Source of the DNA: a virus
Lineage: Duplodnaviria > Caudoviricetes
DNA: 59,422 bases
IMG/VR virus record: IMGVR_UViG_3300031227_000043
Location: 1 to 59,422 of that record
Direction: 5' to 3' (one strand)
The position numbers and the translations under genes are program-made. Shown in pieces: positions 34,992 through 44,600 of this stretch (position 1 is its first letter; every line of letters begins with the position of its first letter). The notes beneath the pieces are model-generated. The model was given only the letters and a program-made list of their open reading frames with translations. It ran no database searches and was not told where the DNA came from.

Positions 34992-35551
34992 GCACCTTGT
35001 TTAAAATGTTTCAAACTGGCCTTGGGCGACTCTGTCAGTAGGTAGCCGTAGCTGCTGGCCAACTCCTCTTTATATGTGTCCTTCCAGTAGCCGTCCGGCA
35101 TGGCATCCATATGCTTCTGTACCACCAACAGCAACCGACGTGCTTGCCCAGTGCTGCCATGCGACATATGAGCAGATATGCGGGCGCCAATGCGCTCAAA
35201 TAATGCACTGAACTCCGACGCAAACTGCTCATCTCGCAACACCTCTATGATTGCATCCACCTGGGCCAATACACTGGGCACTGGCGCCAACGCATCCAGA
35301 AAATGCATATGTCGCAGGATAGCGTGCCGCAATAGATCACCTTGTGACCTATATGGAAACTTCCTGCTGCTGACTACCCTATCTATCATCTGGGCATGTC
35401 CCGGTTGGAGCCTGAACCATAGTTTGGTGTTGTGGCCTTTGGTGTCGCTGGCTGGAACTTGGAAGACTGTGTGGTCCAACGAATTCAAATTGATAACATT
35501 GGTATTGGTATTGCCGCCTTCAGATCCACCACTACTGTTGTTGTCTGTCAT
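34988..35551 (-). CDS. Hypothetical DNA-binding (RHH-like) protein
   Basis: FRLQP...YRSQGDLLRHAI pattern; RBS GAGGAG; second gene of the replication operon. Confidence 0.55.
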   Translation of the reverse strand: MTDNNSSGGSEGGNTNTNVINLNSLDHTVFQVPASDTKGHNTKLWFRLQPGHAQMIDRVVSSRKFPYRSQGDLLRHAILRHMHFLDALAPVPSVLAQVDAIIEVLRDEQFASEFSALFERIGARISAHMSHGSTGQARRLLLVVQKHMDAMPDGYWKDTYKEELASSYGYLLTESPKASLKHFKQGA

Positions 35552-35723
35552 CAAGTAACTCCTCGCGTATTGATGTGGAGAACTCCCGACAGGCAATAGC
35601 AAGGTCTGCCATTCGGTCATGGCGCGTTGCCAGCAATATGGAGCCGACAACGATGGCCAGGGCATTCTGCATACGTTCGGGAGTGTCTTCTAGGATATTG
35701 GTCAGGTCTTTGTGGTCCGGCAT
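35532..35723 (-). CDS. Small hypothetical protein
   Basis: RBS AGGAG; first gene after the promoter. Confidence 0.65.
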   Translation of the reverse strand: MPDHKDLTNILEDTPERMQNALAIVVGSILLATRHDRMADLAIACREFSTSIREELLDDRQQQ

Positions 35724-35759
35724 GTTGCTTTCTCCTGTGTGTTATTGGAAACGGATCGC

Positions 35760-35789
35760 AGGGTATAGGGCGTGGTATTGTGCTGTCAA
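35760..35789 (-). promoter_or_regulatory. sigma70-type promoter of the replication operon
   Basis: TTGACA-18 bp-TACCCT (or 16 bp-TATACC). Confidence 0.55.
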
Positions 35790-35992
35790 GGGTTAAATTT
35801 GAATAGCGGTGGAGGGCTTAGGCAGCTGAATATGGATGCGGATATCGGCATATAGGCTACATATAGCTGCAGCACTTCGATTACCTAATATAGCCTATAT
35901 TCTGCTGCAGCGCTTCGGTAAGCTATATATGCTCATATATCACCTCATATCAGCCTCATTGTCTTTATACAGTCTTGCTTTCCAGGTAGTTA

Positions 35993-36032
35993 GAGACACG
36001 GAGACAGAGAGACACGGAGACACGGAGACTAT
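35993..36032 (+). repeat. Five tandem 8-bp units GAGAC(ACG)
   Basis: GAGACACG GAGACAGA GAGACACG GAGACACG GAGACTAT in non-coding DNA. Confidence 0.9.
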
Positions 36033-36099
36033 AGGCTTACAGAAGAGCCACAGCTATTAGGCTACTCAGCAACTCACTATACCAGCTACACCACTTCGA

Positions 36100-36543
36100 T
36101 TATAAACCAGCCACTTCCTCATAGGACGCCATAACATGCAGCTTGTGAAAATAGCCCCACGCCATACGGACTACTCTACATTTAATATGCCTTCTATGCC
36201 ACCGGTCAGCCCTAAACCTCAATTTATTTAGCTTTTGTAGCCAGGTCTTGGTAGGCATACGATCTCTATATTCCATGTCTCTCCGTTCCATGACTTCAAG
36301 ATAGGCATCAGCCGCTACCTTCTTTGTGACAACCGGGTCAGAATCGACTCTACAAAGATAACCATGAACATATCCACCTCTGATTGATGTTGCTCTAATT
36401 ATTGGCACACTTTCTCTGTCACAGACAAATCCAGTTGGGATAGCGATTGCTCGTTTTAGCAGTTTGATATATATGACAAATGGCTCAAAGAACTGGACAT
36501 ATTTGTAATCTATTTCGATGACTTTGGGATTTATGCTTTTCAT
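36100..36543 (-). CDS. DUF1353-like protein
   Basis: IPTGFVCD-x-ESVP...VHGYL...AD-x2-YLE motif; RBS AAGGAG. Confidence 0.7.
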   Translation of the reverse strand: MKSINPKVIEIDYKYVQFFEPFVIYIKLLKRAIAIPTGFVCDRESVPIIRATSIRGGYVHGYLCRVDSDPVVTKKVAADAYLEVMERRDMEYRDRMPTKTWLQKLNKLRFRADRWHRRHIKCRVVRMAWGYFHKLHVMASYEEVAGL

Positions 36544-36564
36544 TAGAGCTCTCCTTCTTTTTCC

Positions 36565-36593
36565 TTGACAGGTTATCCCACAGCTGGTACAAT
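36565..36593 (+). promoter_or_regulatory. Near-consensus sigma70 promoter for HNH-AP2 gene
   Basis: TTGACA-17 bp-TACAAT with extended -10 TG. Confidence 0.8.
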
Positions 36594-36621
36594 CCACAAA
36601 AACATTAAGGAGGCCAGCCAT

Positions 36622-37104
36622 ATGTTAACTCAGAAACTGATAAAAGAACTTTTTGTTTATAAAGAGGGCCTTTTGTGTTGGAGGACCACGGGTCAAGAGG
36701 CCTGCCCTCGTTCATTTGTTAAAGGCTATAAGACTGTTAAAATCAAAGGCAGGAACTATAAACAACATAGAGTTATATTTCTGTATCACCATGGATACTT
36801 GCCCAAAGCTCTCGACCATAGAGATAGAGTGAAGACCAACAATAAAATTGATAATCTACGGCCTGCCACCAAAAACGGTAATAACCATAATGTGGGCCTA
36901 TCGAAACATAACACCTCCGGGTATAAGGGGGTCTATTTTCATAAGCCAAGAAACAAATGGCGCGCCATGATAAAGATAAACAAAAAGCAAATAACACTGG
37001 GAGGATTCAATACTAAAGAAGAGGCAGCAGAAGCATATAACAAAGCTGCCACCCTTTATCACGGCAAATTTGCATACATAAATAAGATACCTTCTGCCAG
37101 TTGA
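36622..37104 (+). CDS. HNH-AP2 homing endonuclease (inverted insertion)
   Basis: HRVIF...DH-x-D-x3-NN-x-I-x-NLR HNH and NTSGYKGV...W-x-A...LG-x-F-x-T-x-EEAA-x-AY AP2; AT-rich; RBS AAGGAGG. Confidence 0.9.
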   Translation: MLTQKLIKELFVYKEGLLCWRTTGQEACPRSFVKGYKTVKIKGRNYKQHRVIFLYHHGYLPKALDHRDRVKTNNKIDNLRPATKNGNNHNVGLSKHNTSGYKGVYFHKPRNKWRAMIKINKKQITLGGFNTKEEAAEAYNKAATLYHGKFAYINKIPSAS

Positions 37105-37133
37105 TATAGGTAGCCTTCGCGATATTTCATTGC

Positions 37134-37514
37134 CTAGTACCTCCCGCTATACTGAAAGTGAATCCACTCCACAATATTACCCCACTCATTGACATATCGC
37201 TTATAGTAGCCGTAATATTCATGTCCTAATGCAGCCTGCATCTTGGCAAGAATAACCTTTCGTTTAACTGTTGGAGGCAGGTGTCTGGTGCGTAGATCAA
37301 AGGCACAGCATACCAGGTGTTTGCTATTGGGTTTGCCACCTTCGCATTCTTCTGCACCACGAGTAATCCATACAGGAAAACCTGCAGGAAAGAACACACA
37401 GGCTATTTGCAATATCAGCCCCACAGGAGGAAAGATATAATGCTGAGGCCTGAATAACACTCCCGCCTTTGTATAGATATCAAACTCATTGCAGGACACT
37501 GGTTGATCAGACAT
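37134..37514 (-). CDS. Peptidase M15-like endolysin candidate
   Basis: S-x-H-x4-AFD and C-terminal IH Zn-ligand pattern of the Hedgehog/DD-peptidase fold. Confidence 0.65.
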   Translation of the reverse strand: MSDQPVSCNEFDIYTKAGVLFRPQHYIFPPVGLILQIACVFFPAGFPVWITRGAEECEGGKPNSKHLVCCAFDLRTRHLPPTVKRKVILAKMQAALGHEYYGYYKRYVNEWGNIVEWIHFQYSGRY

Positions 37515-37912
37515 TATTTCCTCATCGCCTCCTTAACTACTGCAATCATTTCCTCTTTTGTTAGCTGTCCCTTTTTGATGTCTCCAACACTTTCCTTTAT
37601 CTCGGCTATCTCTTTTACCAGGGTCTTAATCTGCACTTGGATAACTTTGTTGTCAGCTTTACACTCGGCAACCTTCTCCTTCTCCTCCGAGAATGCATCC
37701 ATACCGCGATGAACAGAAGGGACGATGCATAATACAAGTCCAATCATAATGCTGCCAAGAGTAGTATAGAATTTGACGTTGCTAACCTTGGCTTTCACAC
37801 AGCCCGGAAGTTTACTTAATCCAGATAGGTTATCTTCACCGTATAGCGTAGTTTCATGAGCATTGAGTTTATCCAATATCCGCTTTTCACAGTCTTTGTC
37901 GGAACAGGTCAT
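37514..37912 (-). CDS. Single-TM coiled-coil protein (holin-like)
   Basis: One TM segment followed by coiled coil; immediately upstream of the endolysin candidate. Confidence 0.5.
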   Translation of the reverse strand: MTCSDKDCEKRILDKLNAHETTLYGEDNLSGLSKLPGCVKAKVSNVKFYTTLGSIMIGLVLCIVPSVHRGMDAFSEEKEKVAECKADNKVIQVQIKTLVKEIAEIKESVGDIKKGQLTKEEMIAVVKEAMRK

Positions 37913-37914
37913 GA

Positions 37915-38229
37915 TTATATCTCCTCATCAGGATCGGCCATCTCAGGCCACTCTCTACGGATTTGACGTTGAAGTTCATAGCCAACTATCTCTAATGCTT
38001 TGCTATCAAGTTTGAGTGTATATTCTCCATCGGACTTTTTAAAGACTCGTAGCCACATTGTAGGACCATATAAGTGTGAGCCACCTAATCGCTTAGGATC
38101 ATGCCCTTCAAGCTGTGCATGGTTTTCTCCACATAAGACTATCCGAAGATGCTCAAAGTCAATGTGCTTGACGTAGCCCTCTGGCAAGCGTTTAGGCCAT
38201 GTGGTAAACCAATTACTTAACCAGGACAT
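37915..38229 (-). CDS. Hypothetical protein
   Basis: Starts MSWLSNWF; in-operon. Confidence 0.6.
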   Translation of the reverse strand: MSWLSNWFTTWPKRLPEGYVKHIDFEHLRIVLCGENHAQLEGHDPKRLGGSHLYGPTMWLRVFKKSDGEYTLKLDSKALEIVGYELQRQIRREWPEMADPDEEI

Positions 38230-38686
38230 TCTCTTTCTCCACCACGATATCTTCAGCCGCCTTGTATCCATTCTTCCGTAGCCATTCAGCCCCACCTAAA
38301 TGGCCGGTATCAACAATATCACCAACCCCTATCGGCTTAATCTCACACTTAATCCGCTTAGGGTCAGCTATGTATGCAATCGTATAGTCAACGCCAGCCT
38401 TGGACCATACAGGCCCCTTGCGGTCAATAACTTGGCTGTATTTGCCGGTCATGGTTCCCTTGACAGAGGCTTGAATAGAAGTAAAATTATCCTTGTAGGC
38501 ATTATATACAGCTTCTATAAGAACTTCCTCCTCAGTCATTTTGCGGTCAGTCACCACCGCCGTCTTAGCATCAACCACCTTGAGGTCGATTACCGGCTTG
38601 GCTGGAACCTCGGGCCAGATCAAAAGCGTTCCAGGAAAGGCAGGGGTTGACCATAATAGGATTGCCAGTATAATTAAATATCTCAT
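38213..38686 (-). CDS. Secreted-type protein (signal peptide)
   Basis: MRYLIILAILLWSTPAFP. Confidence 0.65.
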   Translation of the reverse strand: MRYLIILAILLWSTPAFPGTLLIWPEVPAKPVIDLKVVDAKTAVVTDRKMTEEEVLIEAVYNAYKDNFTSIQASVKGTMTGKYSQVIDRKGPVWSKAGVDYTIAYIADPKRIKCEIKPIGVGDIVDTGHLGGAEWLRKNGYKAAEDIVVEKENVLVK

Positions 38687-40227
38687 CTTCCCATTATCTC
38701 CTTTATCGTATCTGAGTTGTAAATGTTCATCTGCTCTGCCGCCGTAAGGTATCGAGCGAATAAGCCACTGGCGGCTACATCACCGGCAAGAAATAAGCCT
38801 GTCCCCTTATTGTAGCTCCCCATTTCAAACCTTGCACAAGTGTCAAAAAGCGCAGCAGGAATGCCTCCAGTTGGGGTAGATGCGACTGCTGAACCGTTGA
38901 CGTAGAAGGTGAAAGATGTTGAGGTCTTATAGCTCCACCCCACTAAATACCACCCTGTCTGATTATTTGGAAAAGGAGCAGCATCAGAATCAATAAGAAT
39001 ATTTGTCGTACCATCTGCTGATAATGCACCTCGCAGCTTTCCGGATGTTAAAACCTCTATGGCGTAACTATAAGTCCCCGCTGCTTCCCACTTACTCATT
39101 AACATATAAGTGGTAGCTGGTATGCCATCATCCAGTCGCAAAACCGCAAACCCGCTCAAGTCCCCTGTCACGGAGTAGGCTGCCTTGCGGATCTCAATGC
39201 CTGTAATCGCATTGACATTGAACAATGCTTCCTCTGTGCCCCAGGTGCAATGGACTCCGTTGGAATCGCAGTCTGTACGCTCTTTAATACTAATATTATC
39301 CCAATATGTTACGTCGCCAATAGCATAGGCACTTGAATAAGAATAGAGATAGAGTTTAAAACTATCATCTATCACTACGTTCATTCCTTGCTCGACCCAA
39401 GCATCCTGTGTTGTCTGCCCTGTGGCATCTGCAATATAATCGGCACCACTATTATAATACGCCCTGAGACGTATAGCATTACCGCTATTTGTACCAAGAT
39501 CATAATGCTGCGTACTGATTAAATATGATTTGCCTGCATCTAATGTTGATAAATTCGAGTCTTCCAGGGCATAGGCAAACCAACCGTCACCTGAATGCGC
39601 CTGGATCAGTTTCATCGAGTTTGAAGAACTGTCGTACCCTCTATCCGCACTTTGGGCAGCAGTACATCTGACAGCATTATCTTCTGCGTCCAGGCTTGCC
39701 ATTGCAGTTTCATTGTCGCCATTGACAACCTTCTCAGTAAAAGCCTCCCCACCCCCCACCGTAGCGCTCAACACCCCTTTCTTTCGCTTTCCGGTTGCGT
39801 CGGTCAGGATCACCTCATAGTCTGCGCTATTGTAGGCGGAGAAGTCCAAGGCATCCCAAGCAAGCCATGAGGCAGTAGCGTGAAACGAGCATCGGATGTC
39901 TGCGCTGGTCAGGCCGGTCCATGAAGCGATAACTTCCTGTTGTGCAAAATCATCAGTACCGTCAGCATGTAAATACGTAGCATTCTCTATGAACTCCTTA
40001 GCTCCTATCCCCTGCTCAAGATGATTGCCCCCACCTGAGCCATCTGTCATAAAGGAGCCGTCCCCGTACATTCTGGCATCGCCCTGGTTAAAATAGAAAA
40101 AGCAATCTGCATAAGTGTCCGGTTCCAGGCCGGGGAAGGTCTTGCTGTCAAAGGCTCCTCCTGCAAAGGCAAAAGGGGGATATGACAAGAGGCCGATCAG
40201 GATTGCTATTACTAATTTCTTAAACAT
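38683..40227 (-). CDS. LamG/ConA-like lectin-domain protein with CBM-like insert and signal peptide
   Basis: MFKKLVIAILIGLLSYPPFAFA; NGDNE...WDNISIKE CBM-like insert; W-x-LVG...FYVNG...G-DV...LTAAEQ-x2-IY LamG. Confidence 0.75.
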   Translation of the reverse strand: MFKKLVIAILIGLLSYPPFAFAGGAFDSKTFPGLEPDTYADCFFYFNQGDARMYGDGSFMTDGSGGGNHLEQGIGAKEFIENATYLHADGTDDFAQQEVIASWTGLTSADIRCSFHATASWLAWDALDFSAYNSADYEVILTDATGKRKKGVLSATVGGGEAFTEKVVNGDNETAMASLDAEDNAVRCTAAQSADRGYDSSSNSMKLIQAHSGDGWFAYALEDSNLSTLDAGKSYLISTQHYDLGTNSGNAIRLRAYYNSGADYIADATGQTTQDAWVEQGMNVVIDDSFKLYLYSYSSAYAIGDVTYWDNISIKERTDCDSNGVHCTWGTEEALFNVNAITGIEIRKAAYSVTGDLSGFAVLRLDDGIPATTYMLMSKWEAAGTYSYAIEVLTSGKLRGALSADGTTNILIDSDAAPFPNNQTGWYLVGWSYKTSTSFTFYVNGSAVASTPTGGIPAALFDTCARFEMGSYNKGTGLFLAGDVAASGLFARYLTAAEQMNIYNSDTIKEIMGR

Positions 40228-40238
40228 ATCAGCCTCCT

Positions 40239-41039
40239 TTACTGGTATTCTACAATTATATAAATAGAAGATGATGCTGTAAATGCTGCCAACGCCTCAA
40301 GTTTGACATGAATCTCATTAGTACCGTCAGCATCATAAAGCTGTATCACTTCCTTAAATTCCCATACCTTAACAATCCCTGTATCATCAGCGTGATCTTG
40401 TCCGGCCTCAGTAAACGTAAGTCCTGTAGCTGTTGGAGTAGCAGTTAACCGTTGATTCTCTACTGTAGCACCTAAGAATCTAATAAGATCATACTTAACA
40501 AGTCCAGCTGAGGTGTCGACTGTATCAGTTGTATCTGTAGCAGTCACCCCACCGTTGGTTTCAGTGTAGGATAAATTAAAGCTATGATCCCATATTAAAA
40601 GGTCTTCTGTATAAGCATCAGTTTCATAGAAAGATATACGAAAACTGACATCAGTATCAGCTGTAGGATCTGTACTTATATATACTTTAAGATTACGCAC
40701 AACAGGATTATTACCATTAATACTTGTCATATTTCCTGTCTGCGTAAGATTGCCAGCATGGAAGCCGGTTAAAATAGATATACCAAGATTAGCTGCACCA
40801 AGATTGAGGTCAGTAAAACTACCTGCTGCAGGGGTAGTGAGTCCGATGGTAGAGCTATTTATGACACCACCGTCAAAGGTTGACCCATCAATATCAGCAG
40901 TATCAATGTCGTAGTTTTCTAACCAACCACCTTCTGTAATTGGTACACCGTCATTGGTTTCGCTGTCAGCATAGGCTGGACAGGCACACAGTAGTACCGC
41001 CAGCAACACTGCCACAACTGTACTGTATAGTGTTTTCAT
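40239..41039 (-). CDS. Tail-fibre-like protein with signal peptide
   Basis: MKTLYSTVVAVLLAVLLCACPAYA; IDG-x3-DG-x-I...IG-x-TTPAAGSFT fibre repeat; Thr-rich. Confidence 0.65.
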   Translation of the reverse strand: MKTLYSTVVAVLLAVLLCACPAYADSETNDGVPITEGGWLENYDIDTADIDGSTFDGGVINSSTIGLTTPAAGSFTDLNLGAANLGISILTGFHAGNLTQTGNMTSINGNNPVVRNLKVYISTDPTADTDVSFRISFYETDAYTEDLLIWDHSFNLSYTETNGGVTATDTTDTVDTSAGLVKYDLIRFLGATVENQRLTATPTATGLTFTEAGQDHADDTGIVKVWEFKEVIQLYDADGTNEIHVKLEALAAFTASSSIYIIVEYQ

Positions 41040-41626
41040 TATGCTAACCTCCTTGCAATAAGTTTGATGCCCCAGGTACGGCTATTGGCATTGGCCCAGG
41101 TCACCACCATCAGGTCATTTGCATTACACTCCAGCTTTGGGTCCCAGCGCATGTCTTTGTCTTTCTCAGTGTTCATGGCGCGATCCCAAGGCTTGTAGTC
41201 GAACTGGCTGCCACTGGCTGCATCCTTATTAACTTCCAGGTCCTCTACTGTGGCACAGGCGGTGTTCAAATGTATCTCTATGCTTTCAGTCAGGTAGCGC
41301 TCATCCATTGTAATTGCTACACGCGCTACCTCGGTGCCCGCAGGTGTGCCTGCTACAAATTGGCCGGGCCTGACCCTGACATCGAATGTATTGGTAGCCA
41401 CTGCATAGATCATCTTGAGACCATTCAGATACTTGAGTGGCGCAATAAACCCTGACAGGTATATAAGGCTGCCTGCCAGGTAGCCATGACCGGTACATTC
41501 TAATTGTACTGTATCGAAGTCATTGCCTGTTGAAATTACAGCAGCAGCTGCAGTAGCTATGATGGTGTTGCTGAGCACTGCTGCCCCTTTGAACTCGAAT
41601 ACGTCTGCTGGTTGTCTTGGATTCAT
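41039..41626 (-). CDS. Virion/tail protein with FCCH-like beta domain
   Basis: GHGY-x2-G-x2-I-x-LSG...LNG...NTF motif. Confidence 0.6.
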   Translation of the reverse strand: MNPRQPADVFEFKGAAVLSNTIIATAAAAVISTGNDFDTVQLECTGHGYLAGSLIYLSGFIAPLKYLNGLKMIYAVATNTFDVRVRPGQFVAGTPAGTEVARVAITMDERYLTESIEIHLNTACATVEDLEVNKDAASGSQFDYKPWDRAMNTEKDKDMRWDPKLECNANDLMVVTWANANSRTWGIKLIARRLA

Positions 41627-41645
41627 TTGGTCACCTCAATTTGGG

Positions 41646-44600
41646 TTATTGGTTATTGTCATTGCTGCTGCTGCCTTGCTGCTGTACTAGCCTCTTTAGA
41701 TCACGTAATGTACGAGTAGGGAATGATAGCTGGGACGTCTGAGTAGGTGCAGTGTTGGCTGCAGGTTTAACTGTTGCCTTAGCTGACCCTGCTCCACTCT
41801 TATCCTTAATACCCTTCACCTTGGTCATATACCGCTTGTTAAAGTCAGTCATGTACTTGTCCATGCGGATCTTAACCTTTTCTATTTGCACATTACGCTC
41901 ACTGGTTGATAAACGCTTACTGCCTTCTATTTGCTTTACAGTAGACCGCTCGAATTTAAGCTGCTTCTGTATGTATTGGGCATATGGGACTAGAGCCAAC
42001 TGAGCCTGTTTGGACTTGTTGATTTGCTTAATCATATCAGAGTCATTGGCAGTGGTCCAGTAGTCTCGTTGCTTTATGGCATACTTGATATCAGCTAAGT
42101 TGTCATGGTAAGCAGACCTAGTATAAAATTCAGACTTGCCACTATAGAGGCGACGTGCGAATGGTATCTCCTTGGCCTGAATGGGCTGTGAGGTGATGGC
42201 TTTGGCAGGCACACTAATGGTATTGGACATGAATTTGCCCAGGCCACCTGTTGCGGTGTCTACTAACATGTCTACTAACTCAGGCGATATATCTACTACG
42301 AAATCACCACGCGGGTCTATGCCAGCAGGATCGCCGCCTGTGAGCTCAAATAGCTTCTTGGTGACCCACTTGGACGGCTCCCGGCAACTGGACCAGTATA
42401 GCTGATAATTGGGCTTGGCCACATCAAATGGTGGCTGGTCAGGTCGCAGTGGGTTACCTGCAAAGTTCTTGTTTTCATTCCATTGGATAACTGGATCACT
42501 GATAGTAGGCGACAGGAATTGCCCTAATGAGACGTCGCCGCCTATCGGATTAAAGCTGGATATGGTAGAGCTTGCCATACGGCCTAGCATATGGCCCATG
42601 TCTAGAGGTTTACCGCGTGGGTCTATTGCTTCGCCTATGAGCTGGCCTAATGTGTGGAATACGTTAAAGCCCCACGGTAGCGGGATCTTGAAGTAGTCGC
42701 CGTCGCCCCATGGCCGCATCAGTACTAAGTTGTGATCCTTGACATAGTCCGGGATCTTGTCATAGCGGTCTTCACCATCGTCATCCTGGCCACCTAAGCT
42801 GCGATTGAGGGCGTCTAATGCAGCGGCTAATGCAATAGTGCCATAGACCATATTGCGAGTGGTGCTGCTGGTTGCAATGGACCTGATTACATTGACGTTG
42901 CCCTGCATGGAGGCGTTGTAAAACAGATACATGGCATTGGCATAGACGCCTAAGTCGCCTTTGCGAGTAAAGTTGACTGTGAGGTTCTTGGCTAACGATA
43001 TCGCCTTGGTCTTGCTCATGCCCAAGTCATTGACGGCGTGGTAGTAGGCTGAGAGCCGGACGCCATTTTCAACTATGGTATTGTAATCGGTTATCAAATC
43101 TAATGCGCCACGTATGATACGGCGGGCGCCACCTTTGACACCAGGCTTTAGTGTTCTGAGATGAGCTTTTAACTTTGCCTCGCGCTTCTCAATATTCTTG
43201 TGGTGGTCTATCCAGCCGGTGACGCCACCGAGTCGTTCATAGTCGGCAGCTGCCTGGCCCCAGGCATCGTCTGCTTTGACATTGCCCTTGAGCATGCGAC
43301 GGATGCCGCCCATGGCATGACCATTGAGTACGCTGCCCAAGACTGCGGCCTTAGTGTGTTTGAGTTTGGTAGCGCCTAATGTATAGCCAGCCATTTGAAA
43401 GTCCCGGAAGAAGTTGCTGATAATGAATTCAGGATTAAAGCTGGTATTGATCATAGCTAGATAACGATTAACAGTGGACATTATATTGACGAAGGCGCCT
43501 GTAGAGCGGCCACCTAAGTTCTTCATGGTATGGACTATGCGAGCAGCGTGGTAGTTGGCGTCGTTAAATGTTATGGTATGTTCCTCACCGTTAATGGGGA
43601 CCACTAAGACGTTGTCCGTGAACTTATAGAATATGTCACGGCCAAATACCACTTCACTCAATGCCTTGGGTAGCCCAGTGAATAAGCTGAGTTGGCGCCC
43701 ATCACCTTTGCGCTGCTTGAGCATAGGTTTGAGCTCCTCAGCGTCCACAGTCCATAATGAGGGTGCATTGACACTCTTGGCGAAATTATACAGCGCACGG
43801 CCTACCACAGCCTTCTCAGCGCGTATCAGGGTGGCTTCATGCTGTGCTATGATATTAGAGAATATGTTGGTAGCGCGTGAGCCTGCAGCACCAGTGAGGC
43901 GACGCTTAACGCCTTTGCTGGATAAGCTGAAGCCTTGACCAATGACAGGTAGTGATTTGCCTTTGCCTTCACGCTTGAGAGGTATGTAGTGGGCATAGGC
44001 ACTGCGCATTGCCTGGACTGCAGTGGCGTCCATGAGGCCTTCAGATTCTAATATGGTCAAGGTGGATTCTGTAATTGCATGGATGCGATTGGCAATATCA
44101 GGCATATATTGGTCACCCTTGAAATGATCTAATATATAGCCGGACTCCTCATTGGTCATGCCTGACAGTGCTTCGTTATGCTCAGTGCCAGGATTGATCT
44201 TGCGCAGTTGGGCGTTGGCTTCCGGCGCATGCAAGGCGTAGTTGTAGAGCTCGCAGTCTTCTAATGAGTGGCCGGACTTGGATATCAGCTGCTCCAGTGG
44301 TTCTACGTGGTCGTGAGTGAATAGGGTAATGCGTGCCGACGCCTTAGATGTATAGACCTCTTCAGCCTGGTATGCGTTATGGGCGTCATCTAATGGTGTG
44401 GCGGTCTCTAGCTCAACGCCTTGCTGAATACGCTTCAGTGAGTTAAGGCGGTCCTGCAGCTTGAACTGCATCAGGTCAAATACATAGCGGCCAGGGCCAT
44501 CAGTAGGCATATTGAAGCCTTCCGGTGATGCCGGGTTATGCACTTGGGCATAGGCTCTGGCAGCGTTGCGTGCCGAGTCTTCGTCAGTGGGTAGTGGTGC

